A DNA stretch of 64,000 nucleotides from a virus (taxonomy: Duplodnaviria > Caudoviricetes), in the IMG/VR virus record IMGVR_UViG_3300028797_002668, positions 71,186-135,185 of that record; one strand, written 5' to 3'. A program made the position numbers and the translations under genes. Positions 1 through 9,664 of the stretch are shown one piece after another. The stretch's first letter is position 1, and every line of letters begins with the position of its first letter. A model generated the notes under the pieces. It did not search any database and was not told the origin of the DNA. It was given only the letters and a program-made list of their open reading frames with translations.

Positions 1-806
1 CCAAGATCATTATCGAGGTCGTCGAGACCATCAAGACCACTAGCATCAAGTTCACCACCCTCAGCAGCGCCTGCCGCCGGTGCCGGTTCGCCTTCTACAC
101 CAAGGTCATCCGGAACGCCAACATCCTCGATACCAGTATCAAGAGCACCGAGACCATCATTGCCAGTCAACGGATCTGCACCAAGGCCGTCATCGACATT
201 CGGTTCAAGAGACGGTTCAGTCGGTTCGACTGTCGGTTCAACTGGGTCCATAACCGGAGCGGGTCCACCCAAAGCATTCGGGTCTTCAGCTGGGGCTGGG
301 GCAGCGGCATCGTCAGCAACCGGTGCAATGTCGTCGGCGACCGTACCATTCGGTTGCGCATCGGAAACATTCTGAGACTGCTGAGCGTTCTTTGCCTTGG
401 CAATAGTATCCTTGATAAATCCAACAAGGTCACCCTTGATAATTGTACCACCTTGTGCAAGCTGTGCACACTGCACAGCACCGCAAATGTCGGTGATGTC
501 TGCGGCAGTAATCGTTGTTCCCGGACGCTTTGCTGCTTCCTCGGCAAACTTGTCAATCACAAACTTTTGTGTCTGTTCATCCTGAAGGTCATCACCAAGA
601 TCGGCAAATTTTTCAGAAGAATCGCCATAGTTGGGATCGGTAGAAGGATTGACCGTCATCAACTCGTCAAAACCCTTCGGTTCATAATCTTCTTCCGGAG
701 GCAGACCAAGATCCAACTGGCTACCAAAAGACTCTAGCTGAGCCTTCGCATCGTCAATTGCGAAGATGCTCTTCACTGCGTTCTTGTTAAGTTCTGCTTG
801 TGTCAT
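1..806 (-). CDS. Acidic, Pro/Gly/Asp-rich protein, probably a head/prohead core protein; truncated at the window edge and absent from the ORF track
   Basis: Open frame read by hand from ATG 806 (MTQAELNKNAVKSIFAIDDAKAQLESFG...) to position 1 with no stop; TATAAACT motif upstream at 852-859. Confidence 0.7.
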   Translation of the reverse strand, partial: MTQAELNKNAVKSIFAIDDAKAQLESFGSQLDLGLPPEEDYEPKGFDELMTVNPSTDPNYGDSSEKFADLGDDLQDEQTQKFVIDKFAEEAAKRPGTTITAADITDICGAVQCAQLAQGGTIIKGDLVGFIKDTIAKAKNAQQSQNVSDAQPNGTVADDIAPVADDAAAPAPAEDPNALGGPAPVMDPVEPTVEPTEPSLEPNVDDGLGADPLTGNDGLGALDTGIEDVGVPDDLGVEGEPAPAAGAAEGGELDASGLDGLDDLDNDL

Positions 807-851
807 TGTTAAGTATCCTTATTTGTAGCCAATTAGGCTCATTTTCCGAAT

Positions 852-859
852 AGTTTATA
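852..859 (-). promoter_or_regulatory. Putative late promoter TATAAACT
   Basis: Recurring motif about 45 bp upstream of ATG 806; resembles T4 late promoter TATAAATA. Confidence 0.65.
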
Positions 860-874
860 ACGTGTCCCATATTT

Positions 875-2476
875 TTAATTTTCGTCATATGCAATTGCAA
901 TATCTGGTACACAGTAACCAGGGTTCGAGTTTCCACTTACTTCGAGTTGCAGATATACATAATCCGTTTCACCGGCTTGCAACGGGTTATATATGCCGCC
1001 GTCTACACGGCACATGTTATACTGGCCGCACATGAACAACTGCTGGTTAAATACGAAGCTTCCCATACCGGGTCTTGACACACACTGATAGGCATTGATA
1101 CACTTCCCAGCTTTAAGAACCTTTTCAGGGTCGACTTCAATAACTTCCTCATTCGTCCCCCCTTTATGTACGACTACACCATCAACGACTACGTCGTTCA
1201 CATAGTTCGCAATAGGAGAACGAGGATTTTCAATAAATCGAAGTGGATACTTGGCACCAGAATGATTATTAAACCGGTATATCTTGTTCAAGTCAAATGT
1301 GAGCATCGGGCATCGTATGCCACCAACCATATAGCTGAAATGTCCTAACTCATCACACTCAGCGGACACGTCATATACTTCATACATCTTACCGTTATGT
1401 GGAAGCGAACTATCATAATAAGACCGTTCCGACTCAGCAACACTAGTATATACTATACGACCTTCAGAATTAAGATCTGTAGTAAACCAACCATCATTAG
1501 GAACATATAAATCATGTAATGGAGTTCCTGGTCGAATGAAAGTCGGCACGAAGCTTTGGTCTTTAGTATTCATCAATCTAGCGGGAACTACTATATGTCC
1601 AGTGTTAAACCTAGGGTCTCCATTAGGTTCAGCCTTGATTTTATACACTAGACCATTACAACCATCATTACTAATAAGGTCTATTTTTTCTCCAGTAATT
1701 GGGTCATTCCCGTACACTATTAAAAACAATGAATTATCATCAATTTGTATATATTTTTCATCAAGCGGTCTGGTAGGGTCAAATTTTCCATCTATATATG
1801 GGAAAAACTGTATCATCGAATCAGTCGATGTCAACGAGTTATTTACAAACTCTATACGTATCGGTTCACCGGTTTCCTCAACGATACGGTCAGGGTCTGT
1901 ATATGACGGAATTGGAATAACCGGTTGTCGTTCGCCATTAAGATAGATAACATTGCCATATCCGCAATCCTTGTGCTCGACTACATACTTCTTGCATGCC
2001 AGCCGATGGTCTGGATACTGACCGTACAATCCAGCAACCGTCAAATAAAACGGATGTTCCTTACTGTAATTCCAGATATCATTTACAGCAATACCAGATT
2101 TTTGGTTAGTTGGACGGCTATACGAAACTGAATTCCCGATGTACAACCGGGCAGCAAGAGGATCAGTTGGGCGTTCGCCTATAGGATATATACGAATATT
2201 GCTGAGCTGTACATCGGGTGGATTAATCAAATGAATTTTGAACACACTTTCCATCGAATATGCATAGCAATTCGGGTCGTCTGGTCGATAAATGCAATAA
2301 AGAGCCGCTTCACTAGCGTCATCGGCTGGTATAGTCATTCCAGTACCTTGCAAATGTTCAGAACTATAGACCGACGGTACGCAAGTATCAACTCGCTTCA
2401 GACCGATGGACGACACCGGAGTTCCGAAATCTCCATCCTTGCCAGTATATTTCTTGATAATTACGCCAGCTGACAT
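875..2476 (-). CDS. Putative virion structural protein (533 aa)
   Basis: Long beta-rich ORF with a YMVGGIRCPMLTF..IYRF..YPLRF segment like T4-like virion proteins; late motif at 2505-2512. Confidence 0.55.
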   Translation of the reverse strand: MSAGVIIKKYTGKDGDFGTPVSSIGLKRVDTCVPSVYSSEHLQGTGMTIPADDASEAALYCIYRPDDPNCYAYSMESVFKIHLINPPDVQLSNIRIYPIGERPTDPLAARLYIGNSVSYSRPTNQKSGIAVNDIWNYSKEHPFYLTVAGLYGQYPDHRLACKKYVVEHKDCGYGNVIYLNGERQPVIPIPSYTDPDRIVEETGEPIRIEFVNNSLTSTDSMIQFFPYIDGKFDPTRPLDEKYIQIDDNSLFLIVYGNDPITGEKIDLISNDGCNGLVYKIKAEPNGDPRFNTGHIVVPARLMNTKDQSFVPTFIRPGTPLHDLYVPNDGWFTTDLNSEGRIVYTSVAESERSYYDSSLPHNGKMYEVYDVSAECDELGHFSYMVGGIRCPMLTFDLNKIYRFNNHSGAKYPLRFIENPRSPIANYVNDVVVDGVVVHKGGTNEEVIEVDPEKVLKAGKCINAYQCVSRPGMGSFVFNQQLFMCGQYNMCRVDGGIYNPLQAGETDYVYLQLEVSGNSNPGYCVPDIAIAYDEN

Positions 2477-2504
2477 AAAACCCTGCGAAGTGTACTTTCC
2501 TCGC

Positions 2505-2512
2505 AGTTTATA
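2505..2512 (-). promoter_or_regulatory. Putative late promoter TATAAACT
   Basis: Lies in a 20-mer (ctcgcagtttatataatttt, 2500-2519) repeated exactly at 7250-7269. Confidence 0.7.
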
Positions 2513-2525
2513 TAATTTTCATTTT

Positions 2526-5500
2526 CTAGCGTTTCAACAAGTCGTTCGCCGACGTCATCCTACCCTTTGTAATAAGCTTGTACAACTGCTCAGTAGTCAA
2601 GGCGGTTGCACGAGCGTCAACGTGGACATGCTCCTTGGTAAGTGAAGCCTTGCGTATTCCGGCCAACTGGGCATTCGACACTACTTTTTCGTAAATTGAC
2701 TCATCGCCGTCTTCCTCGTTGGCTCCAGCACCCTTGATAGAACCGTCCGTCGACTTCGGAGCGTTGTCGTTGATGTCCTTCTGCTTATATATATTACGAA
2801 GCTTGTCGAAGTCAATAAGGTCTTGACCAGCAATTAATCCGAATTCATTTTCTAGCATTGACTCCATAGTCGCGTTCGGACCGTCCTTGAAATGGTCGTA
2901 CATCAATTTTCCGCCAAAATTTTCGAACATTTCTCGAATCTTATCAAATTCGTTCTTAATCTGTGTAGCAATTAAAGAATGTATTAAACGAGCGTCACCT
3001 CGTTCAACATTTCCGTCCCGGTCAAACCCTTCAATGAAACTTTCATCACTTACAGTTTCCACTTGGTATCCCATAGCTACAAGCTGGTCTTCGGTATAGA
3101 AAACACCCTTTATCCACATACCACGTTTCATATTCTGCACATTGGCTTGCTTCTCTCCAAAGAAGTTCCCCTTTGAATTAGGGTTGTAGTCAGGAACCAA
3201 ATCAGTCGTCTTGATATGAATTCTGCCGTCATTTACAGAAATCCATGCGCCGCCGTCACCGACGGACTCAATATATATCTTTGCATCCGCATACAAGCTG
3301 CCAAGGTAATCTTGAACCATTGCAACATAGTCTTCAGAAAATTTGGAATCGACCGTATTCCGGTACTTCTCAACATATTCACCAGCAATAAGAGCCTTTG
3401 CTGCAGATAGACTTCCTATCATGCCATAATACATAATAAGTTGCTTATATGAACGGTCGTTAAGCGACTTCCACTCAGTCATACTTGCACGGGCGGTCTT
3501 GGAAGTACCATTAGCACCTTGCTTTGCGTTTACCAAGTTCACAAATTCAAGTATGTTCTGCAAAACCAAATCATTTGGAACCTTGTAGTTTCGAATATTT
3601 GCTGGGCTTACATAATGATGACCGTTAATAATGATAGCATTCGTGTAAGCAGACCCCTTCCGCAGAACATATGGTATCTTTGTATCTGGCGACTTGTCAT
3701 ACACATAACCAGCCGCATCTACGTCTACGAAACCAAGCGACATAACTGGGTCTTCTTGGTTGAACATAGCGTCGCGAAACTTAGGAGCATCCTTGTGATT
3801 TACACCAATAGGCAAAAATTCCCAATCAAATAGGTTGGCACCCATCTTGAGACGACCGCACCATACGACATTCAACGGCTTTCCAAATGCACCGTTAGCA
3901 CAAGCCACGGTAAATCCTTCAGCAATGTCGATAAGTTTTTTCATGTCATCACTACCGTCCTCGATAGCCAATCCAGTAATCGGGTCGTTAATTAAGATTT
4001 TTATTGCAAGGCCATAGTTATGCCATGACAAAAACGTGCTTTCCGCACTTCCAGTACACAATAGAGCTTGGTCATCAATAGAACGCATCGTATCGACAAC
4101 TTCGACTTGACGAGCACCGTAAGTATTACGTAAAATACCAAGCAATATGGAAACAGCGTCATATATTCCAAGCTGTGCTCGCATGTCACCTATACGCTTA
4201 GAACTCGGTCTGAAAATTCTCCATCCTTCCGTCTTGTCATCATTGGCCGGTACTTCGCGTGAAATACTCGCATACTTACTTTGGTCGAATGCTCCGTAAC
4301 TCTCAAACGCCCATCTACGGATTTCACTGTCGTAAGGTAAGTACGGCATCTTGTACTCAATACGAACTGGAGTAAGTTCATCTGACTTGCTAGTCGGATC
4401 AAGAGGTAAATATGCACCGTATACAAATACCACAGAACCTTCGGACAAATTACCATTTGTTATATGAAACTCGCGAGACGACTTTGTAATAGCAACGGTA
4501 ACACGAACTCCTTCGGCATTAGTCAGAACAAAATCTGAACTCTTAAACTTAGTTATGGTATGTGGCTGTATCTGTCCAGTCTCATTACCTTCTAAATCCA
4601 TATCAAACACTAATGAACCATTCTTGACATTAGCATTCTTATTAATTGGAACGAACTGCTGTGGCTCGTTCGTATTTTGTGGATAAGATTCATAAACATC
4701 ATTATCTACAAATGTCACTTCAGCCCATCTGACTCCAATTGAACGCTTGACCATCTTGTGACGCGTACGGAAAAATTTACGATAGCGAACACGAACCTTC
4801 TTATACATCAGCACCGGAACCATAAACCGAGCTGGCATATACAAGTAAGGACATGGACGGTCGTTACGATTATCAACATAAGACTTGTTATCAAATACCG
4901 ACTCACCTGTAAACGTCTGGTACCAGCGTATTTTATTAATGGTGTCCATTAATTCAGCATACTTTTCTTTGGCTTCACGCAGTTTCAACTTCTGCACTAA
5001 CAAGTACGCCGGCCCGAAAAACAGTGACTGGACGGTCAGTATATTATCAATTTCGTCAATCGATTCATCCATTACATCGGTAGCAAATTTGATACAACCA
5101 TCGATATCAGAATTCGGTATATCGCCTACATTGTCATACTTATCATATGCCGGAACAAAATCAGATTGCGACATTACATAACCAGCCAAAGAGCACGAAT
5201 CCCACTGTACCACTTTTATTTCAGTGTCATCAGTTAATCCACCATTAAATGCAATAGACTCGCTCCCAAATTTCTTGCGATTTATAGCATCCAGCATGCA
5301 AGTAATATTCCATTCGCATATATCAGCGAACTGCTTAGCCGAACCTCCATATTGAACCGAATCATTATTAAATTCAGCGGTCAAAGTCTCAACGCCTTGA
5401 ATCGTGCTATTACGTTCATTAGGAGCGAATGTTGGATTTACCGGCTTTGTCAAAGTTACCGAACCAGCATCGCCAACCGCAGTGATATCAACAAAAAATC

Positions 5501-7229
5501 CAACGTTACCTTCATATTCGCCATACCACCATTTTGAATACAAATGGTCGCCTTCAGATTTTCCATTTTTCTTGTTAATCATCACTGTAAAATAGTCACA
5601 CAGTTCCTTCTTAATTTCCGCCCAAGTCATCTTCTTCGACATAATAAGATTGTTTGCATATGCATTTGCCGATGACAAGCTATTTGTCGTGGAATAATAC
5701 ATCCACGGTCTATCAGACCGATTAGAAACCCCATACGTATAGTTAGGAGTCCATACATTTACCAAGAATTGGTGCGGCGTCACTGTATAATTTGCTTTAT
5801 GGACATCCATAACCGTGCCGCCATAATTAGCAATAGCACGAAAATGGACGTTTTCAAACCCATTTGTTGTCGGATATGCCGATATATATCCAGCATCCTT
5901 CATCTTGTCAAGTACATTAACACAAGAAGCCAAGTCTATGTAATATGTAACCTCTGTCCCCGGTGCAACCTTCTTCATAAGCCGATCGCTTTCACGACGT
6001 AACTTTCGACGAAGCGATGAAGACATGAATGTTTGTACTCCACCGATTTCCATTATACTATTGTATGTATCGAAATACCGGTCGTTGAACTCATCAGCAA
6101 GTTCGTCCGCATGGTAAAAATACTTCTTGAACGCATCAGAGACATTTGGAATTAGAGCCGTAGCATTCTGTATCGTATTTGTAGAACCGTCAGAACTAAC
6201 GACGGTTTCAGTACCCTTCATATTAGGCAATGGGTTATTATCGCCACGTGTGTAGCACTTGTTCACAAACGAATTCAAACGAGGGTAATAATCTTCCCAT
6301 TTAGCACGACGGTTGAAATCCTTATCGTACGTCCAATCACCGGGTTCAATAACATTCCCGACACTATCGCGTACTGGTTCAGCAAACGAATCGTCGTAAT
6401 AGGTCACTTTTAGACCCATGTTATTCTGTCCCAAGATTTTAGACATATCATTCAATCTGCGAACGAACGTATCATAACCAATTACCATTCCACGTTTTTT
6501 TGTTTTAGACTGGTTGACACTACGAGCGTACCATTTCCAGCCAAGATAACGCGAACCATAGAAACCAAGAGCACCAAGCGCACAGTTCACCCAGTTTTCA
6601 TCAAAATGCAAATCCCAAGGATTCTGATTCGTATCGTAAAACGACGGATCTAGTGGGTTCATCTCCAAACCGCCGGAAATCGGTTCGCGTGTCGCCACTG
6701 ATTTTACTTTTGTCAGGTTCTGCAGACGGACTCTCGGAACAAATGACACTGTAATACCATAGACTGGCGTCCGAAAACCGTCCTTACTAATGTACAGATT
6801 GTCGATAACAGCAACCTTATCTTGACCATCTTGAACATCGTACGCGGCATGTCCCATTGTCAAACTAACGCTTGGCATAGGCGAACTAGATTCTGGTATC
6901 TGTATCATGTTTGCTGACACTAGCTCGTCAATCGGACAACACTCAGCAATAGTTAAATTACGAGAAACATCCTCACCATCCAAATGGTACTCGATAACTA
7001 CCGACGCGTTCACGTCAATTAACGAATCTCCATACTTTATACCGCTGATTTTGTACATCACGTTATTTGTGACATACTCGTTCATACCGACATCGTCGGC
7101 TGTGCCATCTTCATTACCGGTTTCAGAACTGGCTGTACTTTTTAAGTCGATACCGCTCAGATCGAGATGAATCTCGGTCTTAACCGTTTTCTCGATGTAA
7201 AACTTCTCGAAATCAAAAAGGCCAGCCAT
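2526..7229 (-). CDS. Large virion (tail/baseplate?) protein with an internal degenerate peptidase M15-like domain (1567 aa)
   Basis: TMRSIDDQ..L / SWHNYGLAIKI / VWCG..FDWEF match the M15C pattern; late motif upstream. Confidence 0.6.
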   Translation of the reverse strand: MAGLFDFEKFYIEKTVKTEIHLDLSGIDLKSTASSETGNEDGTADDVGMNEYVTNNVMYKISGIKYGDSLIDVNASVVIEYHLDGEDVSRNLTIAECCPIDELVSANMIQIPESSSPMPSVSLTMGHAAYDVQDGQDKVAVIDNLYISKDGFRTPVYGITVSFVPRVRLQNLTKVKSVATREPISGGLEMNPLDPSFYDTNQNPWDLHFDENWVNCALGALGFYGSRYLGWKWYARSVNQSKTKKRGMVIGYDTFVRRLNDMSKILGQNNMGLKVTYYDDSFAEPVRDSVGNVIEPGDWTYDKDFNRRAKWEDYYPRLNSFVNKCYTRGDNNPLPNMKGTETVVSSDGSTNTIQNATALIPNVSDAFKKYFYHADELADEFNDRYFDTYNSIMEIGGVQTFMSSSLRRKLRRESDRLMKKVAPGTEVTYYIDLASCVNVLDKMKDAGYISAYPTTNGFENVHFRAIANYGGTVMDVHKANYTVTPHQFLVNVWTPNYTYGVSNRSDRPWMYYSTTNSLSSANAYANNLIMSKKMTWAEIKKELCDYFTVMINKKNGKSEGDHLYSKWWYGEYEGNVGFFVDITAVGDAGSVTLTKPVNPTFAPNERNSTIQGVETLTAEFNNDSVQYGGSAKQFADICEWNITCMLDAINRKKFGSESIAFNGGLTDDTEIKVVQWDSCSLAGYVMSQSDFVPAYDKYDNVGDIPNSDIDGCIKFATDVMDESIDEIDNILTVQSLFFGPAYLLVQKLKLREAKEKYAELMDTINKIRWYQTFTGESVFDNKSYVDNRNDRPCPYLYMPARFMVPVLMYKKVRVRYRKFFRTRHKMVKRSIGVRWAEVTFVDNDVYESYPQNTNEPQQFVPINKNANVKNGSLVFDMDLEGNETGQIQPHTITKFKSSDFVLTNAEGVRVTVAITKSSREFHITNGNLSEGSVVFVYGAYLPLDPTSKSDELTPVRIEYKMPYLPYDSEIRRWAFESYGAFDQSKYASISREVPANDDKTEGWRIFRPSSKRIGDMRAQLGIYDAVSILLGILRNTYGARQVEVVDTMRSIDDQALLCTGSAESTFLSWHNYGLAIKILINDPITGLAIEDGSDDMKKLIDIAEGFTVACANGAFGKPLNVVWCGRLKMGANLFDWEFLPIGVNHKDAPKFRDAMFNQEDPVMSLGFVDVDAAGYVYDKSPDTKIPYVLRKGSAYTNAIIINGHHYVSPANIRNYKVPNDLVLQNILEFVNLVNAKQGANGTSKTARASMTEWKSLNDRSYKQLIMYYGMIGSLSAAKALIAGEYVEKYRNTVDSKFSEDYVAMVQDYLGSLYADAKIYIESVGDGGAWISVNDGRIHIKTTDLVPDYNPNSKGNFFGEKQANVQNMKRGMWIKGVFYTEDQLVAMGYQVETVSDESFIEGFDRDGNVERGDARLIHSLIATQIKNEFDKIREMFENFGGKLMYDHFKDGPNATMESMLENEFGLIAGQDLIDFDKLRNIYKQKDINDNAPKSTDGSIKGAGANEEDGDESIYEKVVSNAQLAGIRKASLTKEHVHVDARATALTTEQLYKLITKGRMTSANDLLKR

Positions 7230-7254
7230 CTATGTACCAATTTAAACTACTCGC

Positions 7255-7262
7255 AGTTTATA
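7255..7262 (-). promoter_or_regulatory. Putative late promoter TATAAACT
   Basis: Motif 26 bp upstream of ATG 7229, same context as 2505. Confidence 0.7.
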
Positions 7263-7274
7263 TAATTTTGGCTG

Positions 7275-9542
7275 CTACACCTTCTGGTGCATCGGCAAAA
7301 TATCGCCCAAACGCGAGTAGATTCCGTTGTAGTTCACTTCGAGGTGATAGTCGAACTTGTCGGCCACGGTCTTACCACGGTGAGTGATAACCATAGCGCA
7401 ACCGATGTCGGCCATCATCAACTTTGCAAGGTCGAGCATTTCGCGCATAGCGGTGTCGTCGGTCGAAATGTCAAGCACTTCGTCAAGGGACAAGAAGTTG
7501 ACATTGAAGTTTCCGACCATAGACACGAAGTCACGGAACGCCATAGACACGGCAAAGCCCAGTCTACGCTTCTGACCTTGGGACAACATCGTGTAGTTCG
7601 GCGAAAGACCCGGAAGCGTCTGGAACGTGTAATCCATCGCGTCACCGAACGTGACGATGAACGGAAGACCAGCCTTCGCGAGGTTACGAGCCACAATCTT
7701 GTTGAATTCCGGCACGAACATACCGAACACCATTTTCTTCATACCGTCGTCGGCACAAATCTTGGTAATCGTGTCGCACAAGGCCATCGTGTCGGAATTG
7801 TCCGCCCGACGCTTTTTTGCATCGGCAAGCATCGCTTGGTTCTTCTTAATCTTCTTTTCCATAACGGCCACGGCATTATCGTCAGCCGACTCGGCCTTCT
7901 CGATATCGGCCTTCAGCTTGTCAGCGGAAGACTGCATCTGACGAATGGCCTCATCCAAGGTAGAATACTCACCGACAGCATCATTCAACTTGTCAGTAGC
8001 AGCGGAATAATCTTCGCGAATCTTCGGGAAGGTCGCCTTCTTTGCCTTTGCTTCATCGAGTTCCTTTTTCAAGGAGTCAACGTCCAGACCTTCAAGCATT
8101 TCCTCATACTTCGATACATTCAGCAAGGCAGCATTGAACGCGGAACGCGCCGGACGGAACACCTCAATATCAAGCTGTGAAATACGGCTTACCTCGGCGT
8201 CAAGGTTTTCAATATCCACGCGAACCTTTTCGGCTTCCTCCTTTGCGGTGTTAGCCTTTGCTTGGAGTTCGTCACGTTCCTTTGTCAGCGTAGTAACCTT
8301 CTTGTTCAGTTCCTTCCACTTTTCACGGAGCGCGGACTTGTGGGTGTTGACTTCTTCCTCGGTGGCAACGTGGCCGCAAGTCGGACACGGCTTACCAACG
8401 ACAAAGGACTTGCCTTCGTCAACGATACGGTCTAAATCTTTCTGCGTGAACTTGATTGTCATATCCTTTTCGGAGCAATCACTGGACAACGAATTGAACT
8501 CGGCCATATGCTTGTTATAGTCGGCCTCCAGCATGGAGCGTTGGCCAGTCAAGGACTGACGCTTCGCGAATTCCGGGTCGAGCTTCTTGGAAATATCGGC
8601 GAACTTTTCCTTCTTCTCGTCGGCATCGGCACGAGCAGATTCGAGCAGAGGGAAAGCGGAAATCTTCTTGTTGATGTCCTCAATCGTAGAATCAACCGTG
8701 ATTTCGGCGGCCAAGGAATTCTTCAGTTCCTTGGCGGTTTGTCGTAACTTGTTTACCTCGGTCTCCTTATCGGATAGCGAAGTCTTCTTTTCCGATATTT
8801 GCGAAAGAAGCGCGGTATAGTCAGTTTTCATCTGGGCAAGGTTAGCAGCGTGCTCGCTTTTCATTCGCTTATAAATTTCGACCAGTTCCGCAATTTCGGA
8901 GGAAATCTGCGCGATATCAGATTCAGCAATCGAAAAGGCTAGCTTCGCGTCGGAAGCCTTCTTTCCGTTCGCCTTCTTCCACTTGTCCAATGATAGTGAT
9001 ATGATCGACTCAAGAAGTTCGCGCTTCTTCGCTGCGGGGAGCATAAAGAACGGCTGGGTTTCTTGGGTGTTCATAGCAATTACGTTCTTGAACAGAACGT
9101 CGTTGAACTGGAGAACATTTTCCTCGAAATCCTTCTGCGTATATCCAGCTCGCTTGTTCTGTGCGACCCATGTGTCACCTTCAAGCTTTTCGAGCAAGAA
9201 CTTCATAGTGGACTTGGCACCAGAAATAGTTCTGGTCACGCGGTAGCTCTCGGTCGGAGACGGCGAATTCTCGATATCAAACAAGAGTTCGACAACCGTC
9301 GGCGGACCTTCCTCCGGACGATTCACGTTAAAATTCTTCGAGTTACGCAAATCGGCCATCGTACCGCCACGGTAGGACTTACCCAGCAAGGCAAACGTCA
9401 TCGCCTCGACGATGGTGGACTTACCGAACCCGTTGTCTCCGTGAACCCAAGTAAGACCGTCGTTGAACGTAAACTTGTTCAGCGTCGAGCCATAACTCAA
9501 AAAGTTTCGGAAGGTCACTTCCTTAAAAATCAGCTTGTGCAT
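7275..9542 (-). CDS. 46: SbcC/Rad50-like recombination ATPase, T4 gp46 homologue
   Basis: FRNFLSYG N-terminus, Walker A GDNGFGKST, coiled coils with CPTCG zinc hook, signature LSQGQ, Walker B LSLDE, H-loop ITHR. Confidence 0.93.
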   Translation of the reverse strand: MHKLIFKEVTFRNFLSYGSTLNKFTFNDGLTWVHGDNGFGKSTIVEAMTFALLGKSYRGGTMADLRNSKNFNVNRPEEGPPTVVELLFDIENSPSPTESYRVTRTISGAKSTMKFLLEKLEGDTWVAQNKRAGYTQKDFEENVLQFNDVLFKNVIAMNTQETQPFFMLPAAKKRELLESIISLSLDKWKKANGKKASDAKLAFSIAESDIAQISSEIAELVEIYKRMKSEHAANLAQMKTDYTALLSQISEKKTSLSDKETEVNKLRQTAKELKNSLAAEITVDSTIEDINKKISAFPLLESARADADEKKEKFADISKKLDPEFAKRQSLTGQRSMLEADYNKHMAEFNSLSSDCSEKDMTIKFTQKDLDRIVDEGKSFVVGKPCPTCGHVATEEEVNTHKSALREKWKELNKKVTTLTKERDELQAKANTAKEEAEKVRVDIENLDAEVSRISQLDIEVFRPARSAFNAALLNVSKYEEMLEGLDVDSLKKELDEAKAKKATFPKIREDYSAATDKLNDAVGEYSTLDEAIRQMQSSADKLKADIEKAESADDNAVAVMEKKIKKNQAMLADAKKRRADNSDTMALCDTITKICADDGMKKMVFGMFVPEFNKIVARNLAKAGLPFIVTFGDAMDYTFQTLPGLSPNYTMLSQGQKRRLGFAVSMAFRDFVSMVGNFNVNFLSLDEVLDISTDDTAMREMLDLAKLMMADIGCAMVITHRGKTVADKFDYHLEVNYNGIYSRLGDILPMHQKV

Positions 9543-9567
9543 ATCAAATTCCTATAGAAACACCACC

Positions 9568-9596
9568 AATATAGTCCATTGGTGGTTGAATTGCAA
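9568..9596 (-). promoter_or_regulatory. Sigma70-type promoter TTGCAA-17bp-TATATT, replication-gene class
   Basis: TTGCAAttcaaccaccaatggacTATATT on the minus strand upstream of gp46; the -10 lies inside a 9-bp inverted repeat. Confidence 0.7.
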
Positions 9597-9664
9597 GTTT
9601 GGCTATTTCGGTTTAAACTGGTTAATCCTTTCCAAACCTTCCTTCTGTTTAAGCATTTTCCAGC

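Noticed and set aside
160-737. Short ORFs at the left edge
   Set aside because: Explained by the truncated minus-strand gene starting at 806
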